Origin: Acidobacteriota bacterium
GTDB taxonomy: Bacteria; Acidobacteriota; Aminicenantia; Aminicenantales; Saccharicenantaceae
Assembly: GCA_028749205.1 (NCBI GenBank)
Contig: JAQULR010000004.1
Span: 41,742 to 105,741, forward strand
DNA: 64,000 bases
Reading direction: 5' to 3'
Shown here piece by piece: positions 9,076-18,694 of the stretch; position 1 is the first letter of the stretch, and every line of letters starts with the position of its first letter. The notes under the pieces were generated by a model. The model did not search any database. It saw only the letters and a list, made by a program, of their open reading frames with translations, and had not been told where the DNA came from. The position numbers and the translations under genes are program-made.

Positions 9076-11052
9076 TCAGTTTATTATCAGCCTGTTCTGA
9101 AAATTTTTCAGAGCTATATCCAGCAGCCTGGCAGAATCTTCTCCCTGGGCTGTTAGCAAGAATAAATCCAGTCCGTTGATTATGGCAACGGCCGATTTTC
9201 CAGCCGAAACCATGGCTGGCCTTTTCTTGCCCCAGAGATTCAAATAAGTTATTTTCCCTCCTTTGACTTCCTTTTTAAGCGAGTTAATTAGCTGTTTTTC
9301 CGGATCTTTAACCGGAAGCCAACCATCTTGCAGTAGCTTGATTATTTGTCCCTCAGGTCCTGTAAGGGTCAGCAGGGTTTTATCCGGCCAGACTTTATTT
9401 AGGTCAGAAAAAGAAAAGCCCTTCGGAGCCTTTAGCTCTATTTGAAGCCCGGGGTTCCAGTAAAGGCCCCCTTTTACTTCATAAAGCGGCTGGCCCTCCT
9501 CGACTTTAATACTCTGGCCGTTGAGGTTGAATTCCAGAATCTCAATTTCCAGATAACCAAAAACCTTCTGAGCCGCCACCAGGCTTTCTCCCGGGCCTTC
9601 TTCTAAACTGCTCCAGGCTATGGCCAGCCGAGCTGGGTCGGCCACATCGGGAGACGGGATAGCAGCATCAAGAGGAACCCAACGGCCTTTTACCCAGGCT
9701 TCTACCCAGGCATGGCCTCCCCAAACTCCGTTGACATAAACCAGTCCCATTAAATAGCGTGAGGGGATGTCGGCTGCCCGCAATAGAGAAGCCAGCAAGG
9801 AGGCATAGCCAGCGCAGGTTCCCCTCTTGTCTCTTATGATCTCAGAGGCTGGAGCAAAGACAATCCCCAGGTCAAAGGTCATATTTTGAAAAACCCAGTC
9901 ACGTAGCTGCAAAGCTTTTTTAAGAGCATCCGTCTCAGAACCGTTAACCTGCTTAGCTACTTTCTGGATCTCTGGGTCATTACAATCAAGATAGGCATTG
10001 GCTTTAAGGTAAAGTTCTTTTTCCTCAGCCGAAAGCTGGCCTTTAGTCTCAGCTTCTATCTTTACCCTGTTTAATTCAACTATTAGAGTATCATCTGACA
10101 TGGCAACCACCCGCTGATAATCATTCTGAATTTCTGGCCAGCCGATGTTGGGGTTTTTATGCTTTAACCTGACCACCAGTTTTTCCAGACCTCTGGCTTG
10201 GGGCAGGCGAACATTAGATTTTATCAGACTGGACTGAAAGTGTTCCTGGCTGAGCATGGTTAATTCCAATCCAGAGAGAGCTTCCTTTTCATCTGACAGT
10301 AGAGTTATCATTTCACCGAAAGGTGAAGATTGGATAGATTTAATCTCGTTCCCTTCTAAATCAGTCCAGACCTGCCTGGTATCACCCTGGCCTAAGAATT
10401 TTTCTTCAATTTTTCGAGCCTTTATTATTTCTCCTCGATACTCTAAATCTTCCTCCCCGACCAGAATTCTCTCGCCTGAAACCACTTGAGACAATTCAAC
10501 CAGAAGAGTCTGGTATTCAACCTTATCTCCCTCATTTTTCAGATAGTTAGAGCCTAACTGAGCGATCCCTACGGGTCCCAGCAATTGACCGCTATAGGTT
10601 AGATCACGACTGAAAGTCCGGTCTCCCACAGTTGTCTTCAGACTAACCTTATCTTTTTCAATCTCGGCTTCAATGATGATCGGCTGGGCAGAGAGTAGTT
10701 GCTCAGAAAGAACCTTTTTTAAGAGACCTTCTTCAGTTTCCAGATATTCTGAGTTTACGACCATCTCAATTTTTTTTCCTAAGCGGTTAAAAAATATTTT
10801 AGACTCGGCTCTGGTCTTAAAATACCACCGGCCATCCTGCTTGATTCTCTCTCCAGTCTCTTTTATGTAACCAATCTTATCCTGGCCAAGATAGATGCTG
10901 TACCAGGAGACTTCCTTTTCTAACTGCTCGGCGCTGGCCAAACGGACAAAGGCTGGAGATAGAATCAGAGCTGAGCAGATCAGCCACATCAGCCAGAAAG
11001 CTGAAAAAGTCTTTATTTTATTCTCTTTGGCCAAAAGCTTTTTTGCTTTCAT
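9076..11052 (-). CDS. Large secreted transglutaminase-like superfamily protein
   Basis: Signal peptide. TGase core elements are RGTCAGYASL (Cys), GHAWVEAW (His) and LDA (Asp). Confidence 0.8.
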   Translation of the reverse strand: MKAKKLLAKENKIKTFSAFWLMWLICSALILSPAFVRLASAEQLEKEVSWYSIYLGQDKIGYIKETGERIKQDGRWYFKTRAESKIFFNRLGKKIEMVVNSEYLETEEGLLKKVLSEQLLSAQPIIIEAEIEKDKVSLKTTVGDRTFSRDLTYSGQLLGPVGIAQLGSNYLKNEGDKVEYQTLLVELSQVVSGERILVGEEDLEYRGEIIKARKIEEKFLGQGDTRQVWTDLEGNEIKSIQSSPFGEMITLLSDEKEALSGLELTMLSQEHFQSSLIKSNVRLPQARGLEKLVVRLKHKNPNIGWPEIQNDYQRVVAMSDDTLIVELNRVKIEAETKGQLSAEEKELYLKANAYLDCNDPEIQKVAKQVNGSETDALKKALQLRDWVFQNMTFDLGIVFAPASEIIRDKRGTCAGYASLLASLLRAADIPSRYLMGLVYVNGVWGGHAWVEAWVKGRWVPLDAAIPSPDVADPARLAIAWSSLEEGPGESLVAAQKVFGYLEIEILEFNLNGQSIKVEEGQPLYEVKGGLYWNPGLQIELKAPKGFSFSDLNKVWPDKTLLTLTGPEGQIIKLLQDGWLPVKDPEKQLINSLKKEVKGGKITYLNLWGKKRPAMVSAGKSAVAIINGLDLFLLTAQGEDSARLLDIALKNFQNRLIIN

Positions 11053-11170
11053 TCAAACTCCTTTTTATCATTTTCCATAATTTTAGCTCAAAAGTTACTG
11101 TTTATCTAACCCGTCTTGTTAATCAGCACCGTTCACCAAGCTGAAGCTATCTCAAAATTACCAATTATCG

Positions 11171-11210
11171 TTGATAAGAAAATCGTCCCAAATCCCGACG
11201 TTCTTATCAA
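11171..11210. promoter_or_regulatory. 40-nt interrupted inverted repeat in a divergent promoter region
   Basis: The sequence is TTGATAAGAA-aat-CGTC-ccaaatcc-GACG-TTCTTATCAA. That gives 14 bp of pairing with one 3-nt bulge. It lies about 145 nt upstream of the NSS transporter start. Confidence 0.35.
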
Positions 11211-11354
11211 GGTTAATTGAAATTCTCGAGACAGGTTCAGTTATATGAATAAAACAGACTAATCAAAATCAATACAATACTTTTACAAACGACTTTACTT
11301 ATGATAAAAAGATAGACAAAATTTGTAGATGACAATTTCTATAAGGAGAAGACA

Positions 11355-12719
11355 GTGAACAGCGATAGCCTGACTCCCAGAGGAAATTGGGGCTCTAAAG
11401 TTGCCTTTATTTTCGCCGCCTCCGGCTCAGCAATAGGATTGGGAAGTATCTGGCGTTTTCCGATTATGGTTGGCTTAAACGGAGGAGCTGTCTTTGTGTT
11501 TGCCTATATTTTGGCTGTAATTTTAATAGGATTCCCCTTGATGCTGACTGAGCTGACCATCGGACGACATACTCAAAAGAACCCCGTAGGTGCTTTTAAG
11601 GCCCTAAAACCCGGCACCCCCTGGAAGCTGGTGGGCTATATGGGGGTCTTTACTGGAGTTTGCATACTTTCTTATTATTCTGTCATAGCCGCCTGGGCTG
11701 CCGGTTATCTCTACAAAACTTTATTTGGAGCCTTCCGGGGAGAAATTACTTGGGCTGTTTCAGATCAGATCTTTTCTTCTTTTGCCGCTAATCCCCTGGA
11801 GGTTTTGCTTTGCTTTTTTGTGGTTATAGCTTTAACTACCTTTGTTATCTCCAGAGGTGTCAAAGGGGGAATCGAGCGCTGGTCAAAAATTCTTATGCCG
11901 ATGCTTTTTGCCCTAATTATTATCATGGCTATCCGAGCTCTAACCCTTAAAGGGGCTGGCCCGGGAATCTCTTTCTATCTAAAACCTGACCCGACTAAGA
12001 TAACCCCTAAATTGTTTTTCTATGCAGTCGGTCAAGCTTTTTTCTCTCTCAGCCTGGGCATGGGCACGATGATAACTTATGGAAGTTATATTTCTAAAAA
12101 AGATAATCTGTCTTCCTCGGCCGGGTGGGTCTGCTTTTCAACCACCCTGGTAGCTTTTCTAGCTGGCATTATTATCTTCCCCACCCTTTTTGCTACTCCT
12201 GGAATTAATCCTCAGGAAGTTCAGGCCAGCACAGGTCTGATGTTTCAGGTTTTTCCTTTAATCATATCCAAACTGCCTGGAGGATACCTCTTTGGGGTTT
12301 TATTCTTCATTTTGCTTTTAGTAGCCGCTCTAACTTCAACTATTTCTCTACTCGAAGTTCCTACTGCTTTTCTAATAGATGAGCATAACTGGAGGAGGGG
12401 AAAAGCAGCGGTGGTCATTGGGACTGCGGCTTTTCTGCTGGGCATACCTTCGGCTCTTTCTAACGGGGCTTCCCCTTTTCTGACCAGGATTGGCTTGATG
12501 ATGAAAATGGATCTCGTCTTTGGCAATATCATGCTGGCGGTAGGAGGCTTGTTTATAACTATTTTTGTGGCTTATGCCTGGGGCATACCCCAAGCCTTAA
12601 AAGAAATTGCTCAGGGCAATCGTTCTTTCAAAGTTAAACCCCTTTGGGTTTTCAGTATGAAATATCTGGCTCCCTTAGCCATTATAGCGATTCTAATTTT
12701 CACCATTATTCTGGCTTAA
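11355..12719 (+). CDS. Sodium-dependent transporter of the neurotransmitter:sodium symporter (NSS/SNF) family
   Basis: Hallmark N-terminus WGSKVAFIFAASGSAIGLGSIWRFP. Multi-TM. GTG start with an AAGGAG RBS. Confidence 0.85.
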   Translation: MNSDSLTPRGNWGSKVAFIFAASGSAIGLGSIWRFPIMVGLNGGAVFVFAYILAVILIGFPLMLTELTIGRHTQKNPVGAFKALKPGTPWKLVGYMGVFTGVCILSYYSVIAAWAAGYLYKTLFGAFRGEITWAVSDQIFSSFAANPLEVLLCFFVVIALTTFVISRGVKGGIERWSKILMPMLFALIIIMAIRALTLKGAGPGISFYLKPDPTKITPKLFFYAVGQAFFSLSLGMGTMITYGSYISKKDNLSSSAGWVCFSTTLVAFLAGIIIFPTLFATPGINPQEVQASTGLMFQVFPLIISKLPGGYLFGVLFFILLLVAALTSTISLLEVPTAFLIDEHNWRRGKAAVVIGTAAFLLGIPSALSNGASPFLTRIGLMMKMDLVFGNIMLAVGGLFITIFVAYAWGIPQALKEIAQGNRSFKVKPLWVFSMKYLAPLAIIAILIFTIILA

Positions 12720-12929
12720 GTAGGGCTGGACCAGAAGGTTTTTTTATCAGCAATAAGATACCCTGAACTTAGCTCCTGCTGGGCATATTGGCCCGGGCCT
12801 CTGGATTTTTTTATATCCTGTGGTAAAATAACCAGGCGGAGAGTCAGAGCTCCTGGCTGGACGACAATATTCATAGCTCACCATTAAGGGCTTAATAATC
12901 CATTTTTATTTTATGAGGTATGGTTTTAT

Positions 12930-15017
12930 ATGAAGACAACGCTGAACAGGATGCGGAATATAGGGATAAGTGCCCATATTGATTCGGGGAAGACTACTCT
13001 CACTGAGCGCATTCTTTATTACTGCAAAAAAATCCATCGGATTCATGAAGTCAAAAGCAAAGAAGGTGGGGGAGCTACCATGGACTACATGGAGCTCGAG
13101 CATGAACGGGGCATTACCATAACTTCAGCTACCACTAATGTTAGCTGGAATAACCATTCCATCAATATCATTGATACTCCAGGGCATGTCGATTTTACCA
13201 TTGAGGTCGAGCGCTCCCTTCGAGTGCTGGATGGAGCCATCTTAGTCCTGTGTTCTGTTGGTGGAGTTCAGTCGCAGACTCTGACGGTAGACAAACAGCT
13301 TAAAAGATACCGAGTGCCCACCATAGCCTTCATTAACAAACTTGACCGGACCGGAGCCAATCCTTTTAAAGTTCAACAGCAGATTAACGAAAAGCTGGCT
13401 CGCCGAGCGGCTCTGCTGCAAATTCCAATTGGCCTTGAAGATAAATTCCAGGGCCTGGTAGATCTCATTAAGATGAAAGCCTATTATTTCGATGGCCCTA
13501 ACGGAGAAATTATCCAGGAAGAGGAAATTCCACCTCAGCTGGAGGATGATGCCTGGAAGTACCGCGAAGAACTGCTGGATACTATCTCGCTTTTTTCAGA
13601 CGAACTAACTGAAGCTATCCTTGAAGGTCGGGTTAGCGAGGCTCTTCTCCTGAAAGCTATCAGACAGGGAACTATCAGCCGGGAATTTACTCCAATTTTA
13701 ATGGGTTCGGCCTACCGGAATAAGGGCATCCAGCTACTGCTCGAGGCAGTAGTTAACTATCTACCCGATCCCTCTGAGGTGGAAAATAAAGCTCTTGACC
13801 TTGACCGGGAAGAACAACCAGTTGTTCTCAAAGCTGATTCAGCTTTACCTTGTGTTGCCTATGCCTTCAAACTGGAAGAAGGACCTTATGGCCAGTTAAC
13901 CCACCTCAGGATATATCAGGGTAGTCTGAAGAAGGGTGATGAGTTGTTCAATACCAGATCCAGACAGAAATTCAAAGTGGGAAGGGTGGTCAGGATGCAT
14001 GCCGACCACATGGAGGACATCGAAGGGGCTGAGGCCGGCGATATCGTAGCCTTGTTTGGAGTTGATTGTGCCTCTGGAGACACTATTTGTTCGCCTGAAC
14101 TCAACTACGCCTTGACTTCTATTTATGTTCCGGAGCCAGTAATTTCTCTGGCTATCGAACCGGCCGATAAACTCTCAGCCGATCGGTTGGCCAAAGCTCT
14201 GGCCCGGTTTACTAAGGAAGACCCAACTTTTAGAATGTACTTAGATCCTGAATCCAGGCAGACCATAATTCAGGGAATGGGCGAGCTTCATTTGGACGTC
14301 TATGTGGAAAGAATGAGGCGGGAGTATCAGGTAGAAGTCTTGACTGGTCCACCGCAGGTAGCTTATCGGGAAACTATCACCACCAGGGCTGATTTCGATT
14401 ATACTCATAAAAAGCAGACCGGAGGAGCCGGACAGTTTGCCCGGGTTATCGGCTATATCGAGCCTTTCGAAGGCAGCTACGAATTTGTCAATCAGGTCAA
14501 AGGCGGCCATATCCCCAGAGAGTTTATCCCTTCTTGTGATAAAGGCTTTCAGGCCAGGCTGAAAAAGGGCGTTTTGATCGGCAGTCCAGTAATCGGTGTC
14601 CGCGTGGTCCTGACTGATGGCCAGTTTCATCCGGTAGATTCTTCTGATATCGCTTTCCAGGCAGCCGCTCAGGGTGCTTTTAAGGAAGCCTACCAAAAAA
14701 CTAAACCTAAGATTCTCGAGCCGATAATGCGGGTGGTGGTAGAAACTCCTTCTGAATTTTCCGGACAGGTCTTCAGCAGTCTGAATCAACGTCGGGGGAT
14801 CATCATCAGTTCAATAGAAGATGGAACCAGTTCCAGGATAGAGGCCGAGGTTCCCCTCAGGGAAATGTTTGGTTATTCAACAGTTCTAAGGTCGATGACT
14901 CAGGGAAGGGCTGAGTTTACCATGGAATTTCTGAAGTATGGACAACTGCCGGCCTTTCTGGCTGAACAGTTGTTAGACCAGCACAGAAAAAAACTTGAGG
15001 CCGAAGAAAAAAGATAG
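12930..15017 (+). CDS. fusA: Elongation factor G family GTPase (paralog located outside an rpsL-rpsG-fusA-tuf context)
   Basis: G1 [10 protein letters not shown]3 DTPGH and G4 NKLD motifs. Full five-domain EF-G length (695 aa). Confidence 0.85.
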   Translation: MKTTLNRMRNIGISAHIDSGKTTLTERILYYCKKIHRIHEVKSKEGGGATMDYMELEHERGITITSATTNVSWNNHSINIIDTPGHVDFTIEVERSLRVLDGAILVLCSVGGVQSQTLTVDKQLKRYRVPTIAFINKLDRTGANPFKVQQQINEKLARRAALLQIPIGLEDKFQGLVDLIKMKAYYFDGPNGEIIQEEEIPPQLEDDAWKYREELLDTISLFSDELTEAILEGRVSEALLLKAIRQGTISREFTPILMGSAYRNKGIQLLLEAVVNYLPDPSEVENKALDLDREEQPVVLKADSALPCVAYAFKLEEGPYGQLTHLRIYQGSLKKGDELFNTRSRQKFKVGRVVRMHADHMEDIEGAEAGDIVALFGVDCASGDTICSPELNYALTSIYVPEPVISLAIEPADKLSADRLAKALARFTKEDPTFRMYLDPESRQTIIQGMGELHLDVYVERMRREYQVEVLTGPPQVAYRETITTRADFDYTHKKQTGGAGQFARVIGYIEPFEGSYEFVNQVKGGHIPREFIPSCDKGFQARLKKGVLIGSPVIGVRVVLTDGQFHPVDSSDIAFQAAAQGAFKEAYQKTKPKILEPIMRVVVETPSEFSGQVFSSLNQRRGIIISSIEDGTSSRIEAEVPLREMFGYSTVLRSMTQGRAEFTMEFLKYGQLPAFLAEQLLDQHRKKLEAEEKR

Positions 15018-15037
15018 TCAGATTGAGGAGAGATAAG

Positions 15038-15742
15038 ATGGTAAGAAAGATTCTTTCAGCCAGAGGCCCGATAAAGGTATTGGAAAAGAATATCACTGGC
15101 GGCCTGGGAGCAGGTAACTTGACAGTTCTGGCTTCAAGAAAAGGCGTAGGTAAAACTGCTTGCCTGGTGCAGATTGCTTTAGATCGCCTGTTTGAAGACA
15201 AGCCAGTTATCCATGTTTCATACGCCAGCCGAGTTGATTATATAATCAGTTGGTATGAAGAAATCTTTAAAAAACTGGTTGGTAAAGAAAACCTATCGGC
15301 TGAAATGATAGTTCATGATCAGATAATTCGTAACCGGGTTATTATGAATTTCCGTCAGGAAGGAATGAAAACCAGTCAGGTCTTAAAAAGTATCGAAGCT
15401 CTAATCGGCCCTGGTAACTTTCAGGCCAAAACTATCATAGTAGATGGCTTCAATTTTTATTTGCCCGGCTTCGAAGACCTGTCCCTTTTTAAGCAGTTTG
15501 CTGCTGACAACCAGTTAGAAATTTGGTTCAGTTGCTCCCTCAAAGGTGAAGAGCCCCTCTTTGATGACCAGGGGCTGCCCAAGGTTTTAGAAAGCTATCT
15601 CGGCTCGATTGATGTAATCATTACTCTGGAACCAGACGATAGCCGGGTCAGGCTAACCCTGGTCAAGGATCACGACCAGGTTCTAAGCAAGAAGCTGAGG
15701 CTGGAGCTCGATCCTCAAACTCTGCTCCTGAGCCCTGTCTGA
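15038..15742 (+). CDS. Stand-alone RecA-superfamily P-loop protein resembling the DnaB C-terminal / KaiC-type ATPase domain
   Basis: Walker A ASRKGVGKT aligns with the DnaB AARPGMGKT motif. Walker B-like TIIVDGF is present. I moved the start to ATG 15038, which follows a GAGGAG RBS. The gene begins 21 nt after the EF-G stop. Confidence 0.55.
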   Translation: MVRKILSARGPIKVLEKNITGGLGAGNLTVLASRKGVGKTACLVQIALDRLFEDKPVIHVSYASRVDYIISWYEEIFKKLVGKENLSAEMIVHDQIIRNRVIMNFRQEGMKTSQVLKSIEALIGPGNFQAKTIIVDGFNFYLPGFEDLSLFKQFAADNQLEIWFSCSLKGEEPLFDDQGLPKVLESYLGSIDVIITLEPDDSRVRLTLVKDHDQVLSKKLRLELDPQTLLLSPV

Positions 15743-15905
15743 TTTTGGCCTAATCCTGATTTTGTTTTCTTGACTGTATTCTAAGTCAGGGATAAGATAA
15801 GGCCGAAGTCTAAGATTCAGATCCTCTGGTGGTTATCTCAGTCTTCAAGAGCCTACTAAAAATAATCTTGGGCTATCTGTGAGAAAAAGACCGGGAGGTT
15901 ATTAG

Positions 15906-17231
15906 ATGATAAAAAAATTTGTTCTACCTATGATTGGCCTTTTTCTTATGAGTACTGTCATGCAGGCCTCATTCAAGAAAGAAGACATTCAGGTTCACCA
16001 GTTAGACAATGGTCTAAAAATTATTTTCTATGAAGATCACACCATTCCTAGTATCTCTTACTACACATTTTTCAGAGTCGGCTCGAGAAATGAAAGACCC
16101 GGACTCACTGGCATTTCCCACTTTATCGAGCACATGATGTTCAACGGAACCCAGAAATTTGGCCCTGGAGAATTCGACCGCTTAATGGAGTTTTATGGCG
16201 GCTCCAATAATGCCTACACCAGCGATGACCTGACTGCCTACACCGACTGGTTCCCTCCTCAGGCTCTGGAAAAGATGGTAGAACTGGAAGCTGACCGAAT
16301 GCAGAGCTTGATATTTGATCCCGAAGTTTTTGAATCAGAGAGAGGGGTAGTTGCTTCTGAGAGAAGAATGGGAGTAGAAAATAACAATGAAGCTCTCCTG
16401 TATGAAAATGTCAGAGCCACAGCCATCATGGCTCATCCCTATCACTGGGATGTCATCGGCTGGATGAGTGATATCTTGAGCTGGCGCCGGGAAGAAGTAA
16501 TCCAGTATTACCGGACCTATTATGCCCCGAATAACGCGGTGGTAGTGGTGGCCGGAGATTTTGACCCGGGGAAAACCTTAGAGCTGATTAAGAAATATTA
16601 CTCAGATATTCCATCTCAGACCCCACCCTCTCCGGTTTCCACCATTGAGCCTCCTCAGATGGGCAGAAAAGAAGTAGTCATCAAAAAGCAAGCCCAGAGT
16701 CCATCCTTTCAAGTTGTTTACCATGCACCAAACTGCCGGGCCGCCGATTTTCTGGCTCTATCCATTTTGGAAAAACCTTTAATTCAGGGCGAAAGCAGCC
16801 GTCTTTATCGAAGGCTGGTTCGCCAGGAGCAGTTAGCCATCTCGGTCTTCGGTGGAATAAGCGAAACTATTGACCCTCAACTTTTCTTTATTTCAGTTCA
16901 GCCTAGACCTGAGGCTGATTTAACTAAAATAGAAAAGATCATAGATGAAGAGCTCAACCGGGTTGTTGAGCAGGGTATAACTGACCAGGAATATCAAAAA
17001 GCCCTAAACATCATTAGAAGTAATTTTTATTCCAGCCTCCAGACCAACTCAGGTAAGGCTAACCAGCTGGGTTCAAACGAACTCTTATATGGCAGCTACG
17101 AAAATTTATTTACCATGGTTGAACAATATTCCCAGGTCAAAAGAGAGGACATCCCTGGAATAGCCAAAAAATATTTCAATGAACTTAATAAAACCGTCGG
17201 CAAACTTATCCCGCAAGGAGGTAACCAATGA
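15906..17231 (+). CDS. M16-family zinc peptidase (active subunit)
   Basis: Signal peptide. Inverted zinc motif HxxEH (HFIEH). GGGAGG RBS. Confidence 0.85.
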   Translation: MIKKFVLPMIGLFLMSTVMQASFKKEDIQVHQLDNGLKIIFYEDHTIPSISYYTFFRVGSRNERPGLTGISHFIEHMMFNGTQKFGPGEFDRLMEFYGGSNNAYTSDDLTAYTDWFPPQALEKMVELEADRMQSLIFDPEVFESERGVVASERRMGVENNNEALLYENVRATAIMAHPYHWDVIGWMSDILSWRREEVIQYYRTYYAPNNAVVVVAGDFDPGKTLELIKKYYSDIPSQTPPSPVSTIEPPQMGRKEVVIKKQAQSPSFQVVYHAPNCRAADFLALSILEKPLIQGESSRLYRRLVRQEQLAISVFGGISETIDPQLFFISVQPRPEADLTKIEKIIDEELNRVVEQGITDQEYQKALNIIRSNFYSSLQTNSGKANQLGSNELLYGSYENLFTMVEQYSQVKREDIPGIAKKYFNELNKTVGKLIPQGGNQ

Positions 17232-18619
17232 CCAGGAATCTAACCATCATCTCTATATTGCTGCTTATCCTTCCACTGGCCACTATGGCTTCGGTCAAAC
17301 TGCCCCAGCCAGAAAAATTCGTTCTGGATAATGGTTTAACTGTCTATTTCCTTCAAAATTCCGAACTTCCGCTGGTCAGTTTTCGGGTGCTGATTCCTGG
17401 AGCCGGCAGTGCTTTTGAGCCTCAAGGTTTTGATGGCCTGGCCAATTTGACAGCCACTCTTCTTCTCCGCGGGACAAAAACCCTGAGCGCCGAGGAAATA
17501 GCTGAATCTTTAGATTTTATGGGGGCCAGATTTAGAATCAGTGATGCTGAGGAATACTCAACAGTCTATGGAGAATGTCTTTCTGAACACCTGCCCAAGC
17601 TTTTCCAGATTGCAGCTGATTGTCTCATTTCTCCGGCTTTTAAAGAAGATGAATATCAAAAAGAATTATCCAGAAAGATTGATGGCCTGAAAGCTATAAA
17701 AGATAATCCGGGCCGGGCTCTTCAGCTATATTTCAGAAAAGCCTATTTTGGAGAGCACCCTCTCGGCCAGCTGTCAACCGGGACTGATTCTTCTCTAAAG
17801 AAAATGTCCTTAAGAGAAGTTAAGAAGTTTTTCTCCGCCCGTTATCGGCCAGATACAGCCATCATGGCTGTAGTTGGAGATATAGGCCGAGAGAAACTCC
17901 TGGGGCTGCTAAATCAGTCAATCGGGCAGTGGCCAAAACCATCTTCCCCCCCACTACCGGTGACCATCCCGCCTCTTCCGGCTCCTAAGGGGAAAAAATT
18001 AATCCTGGTGGATAAGCCCGATGCTACTCAGAGCTATTTCGCCCTTGGAGCTTCGGGGTTTGCCGTGGACGACAAAATTGCCGCCAAGGCCAGTCTGATG
18101 AATACCCTTTGGGGCGGAAGATTTACTTCCTGGCTGAACACTGAACTCAGGATAAAAAGAGGCCTGACCTATGGGGCTAGCTCCAGTTTTCAATCATGGA
18201 AAGCCGGGGGTATTTTTATGGCTTCATCCTATACCAGAAACGATAAAATCAGTGAAATGCTGGATATTACCTTTGACCTGCTACAAACAGCTAAAGAAAA
18301 AGGCTTTAGTGATGAAGAAGTTGAAAGCGGTAAGAATTATCTTCTGGGCCAATTTCCCAGAACTCTGGAGACCAACGCCAGTAAGGCCAGTGCTTATCTG
18401 CGAATCGTCTATTATGGCCTGGGCTTTGATTATTACGATAAATATCTAACCGAAATTAGCAGCACCCGGGCCGAAGAGCTTAAAGCCTGTGCCAAGCTTC
18501 TACCAGCCAAAGATTTTGTTTTGGTAGTTGTTGGTAAAGGCGATGACATCAGAACCCTGTTAAGTAAATATGGAAAGTTTCAGGAAAAGAAAATTACCGA
18601 TCCTGATTTTGGTCTTTAA
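17228..18619 (+). CDS. M16-family peptidase, non-catalytic partner subunit
   Basis: ATGA start/stop overlap with the upstream M16 gene. M16 fold length, but no HxxEH motif. Confidence 0.8.
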   Translation: MTRNLTIISILLLILPLATMASVKLPQPEKFVLDNGLTVYFLQNSELPLVSFRVLIPGAGSAFEPQGFDGLANLTATLLLRGTKTLSAEEIAESLDFMGARFRISDAEEYSTVYGECLSEHLPKLFQIAADCLISPAFKEDEYQKELSRKIDGLKAIKDNPGRALQLYFRKAYFGEHPLGQLSTGTDSSLKKMSLREVKKFFSARYRPDTAIMAVVGDIGREKLLGLLNQSIGQWPKPSSPPLPVTIPPLPAPKGKKLILVDKPDATQSYFALGASGFAVDDKIAAKASLMNTLWGGRFTSWLNTELRIKRGLTYGASSSFQSWKAGGIFMASSYTRNDKISEMLDITFDLLQTAKEKGFSDEEVESGKNYLLGQFPRTLETNASKASAYLRIVYYGLGFDYYDKYLTEISSTRAEELKACAKLLPAKDFVLVVVGKGDDIRTLLSKYGKFQEKKITDPDFGL

Positions 18620-18694
18620 ATAATTCCAGATTCGAATCTGTTGTAATTTAGCTCTTAAGCTGGATTATTCACCAAAATCAAGGGCAATAGACTT

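Noticed and set aside
14055-14075. GGAGACACTATTTGTTCGCC inside EF-G and GACACCCAGTGTGGC at 43491 inside the GT2 gene as additional palindrome copies
   Set aside because: They show only partial left-arm and loop similarity, have no complementary right arm, and fall in conserved coding motifs (for example DTQCGFK). They are most likely coincidental.
18625-18645. The tRNA-like T-loop string CCAGATTCGAATCTG after the M16 genes
   Set aside because: It is only a 14-nt palindrome (CAGATTC|GAATCTG). No acceptor, D or anticodon arms can be built from the flanking sequence. I found no tRNA genes anywhere in the window.
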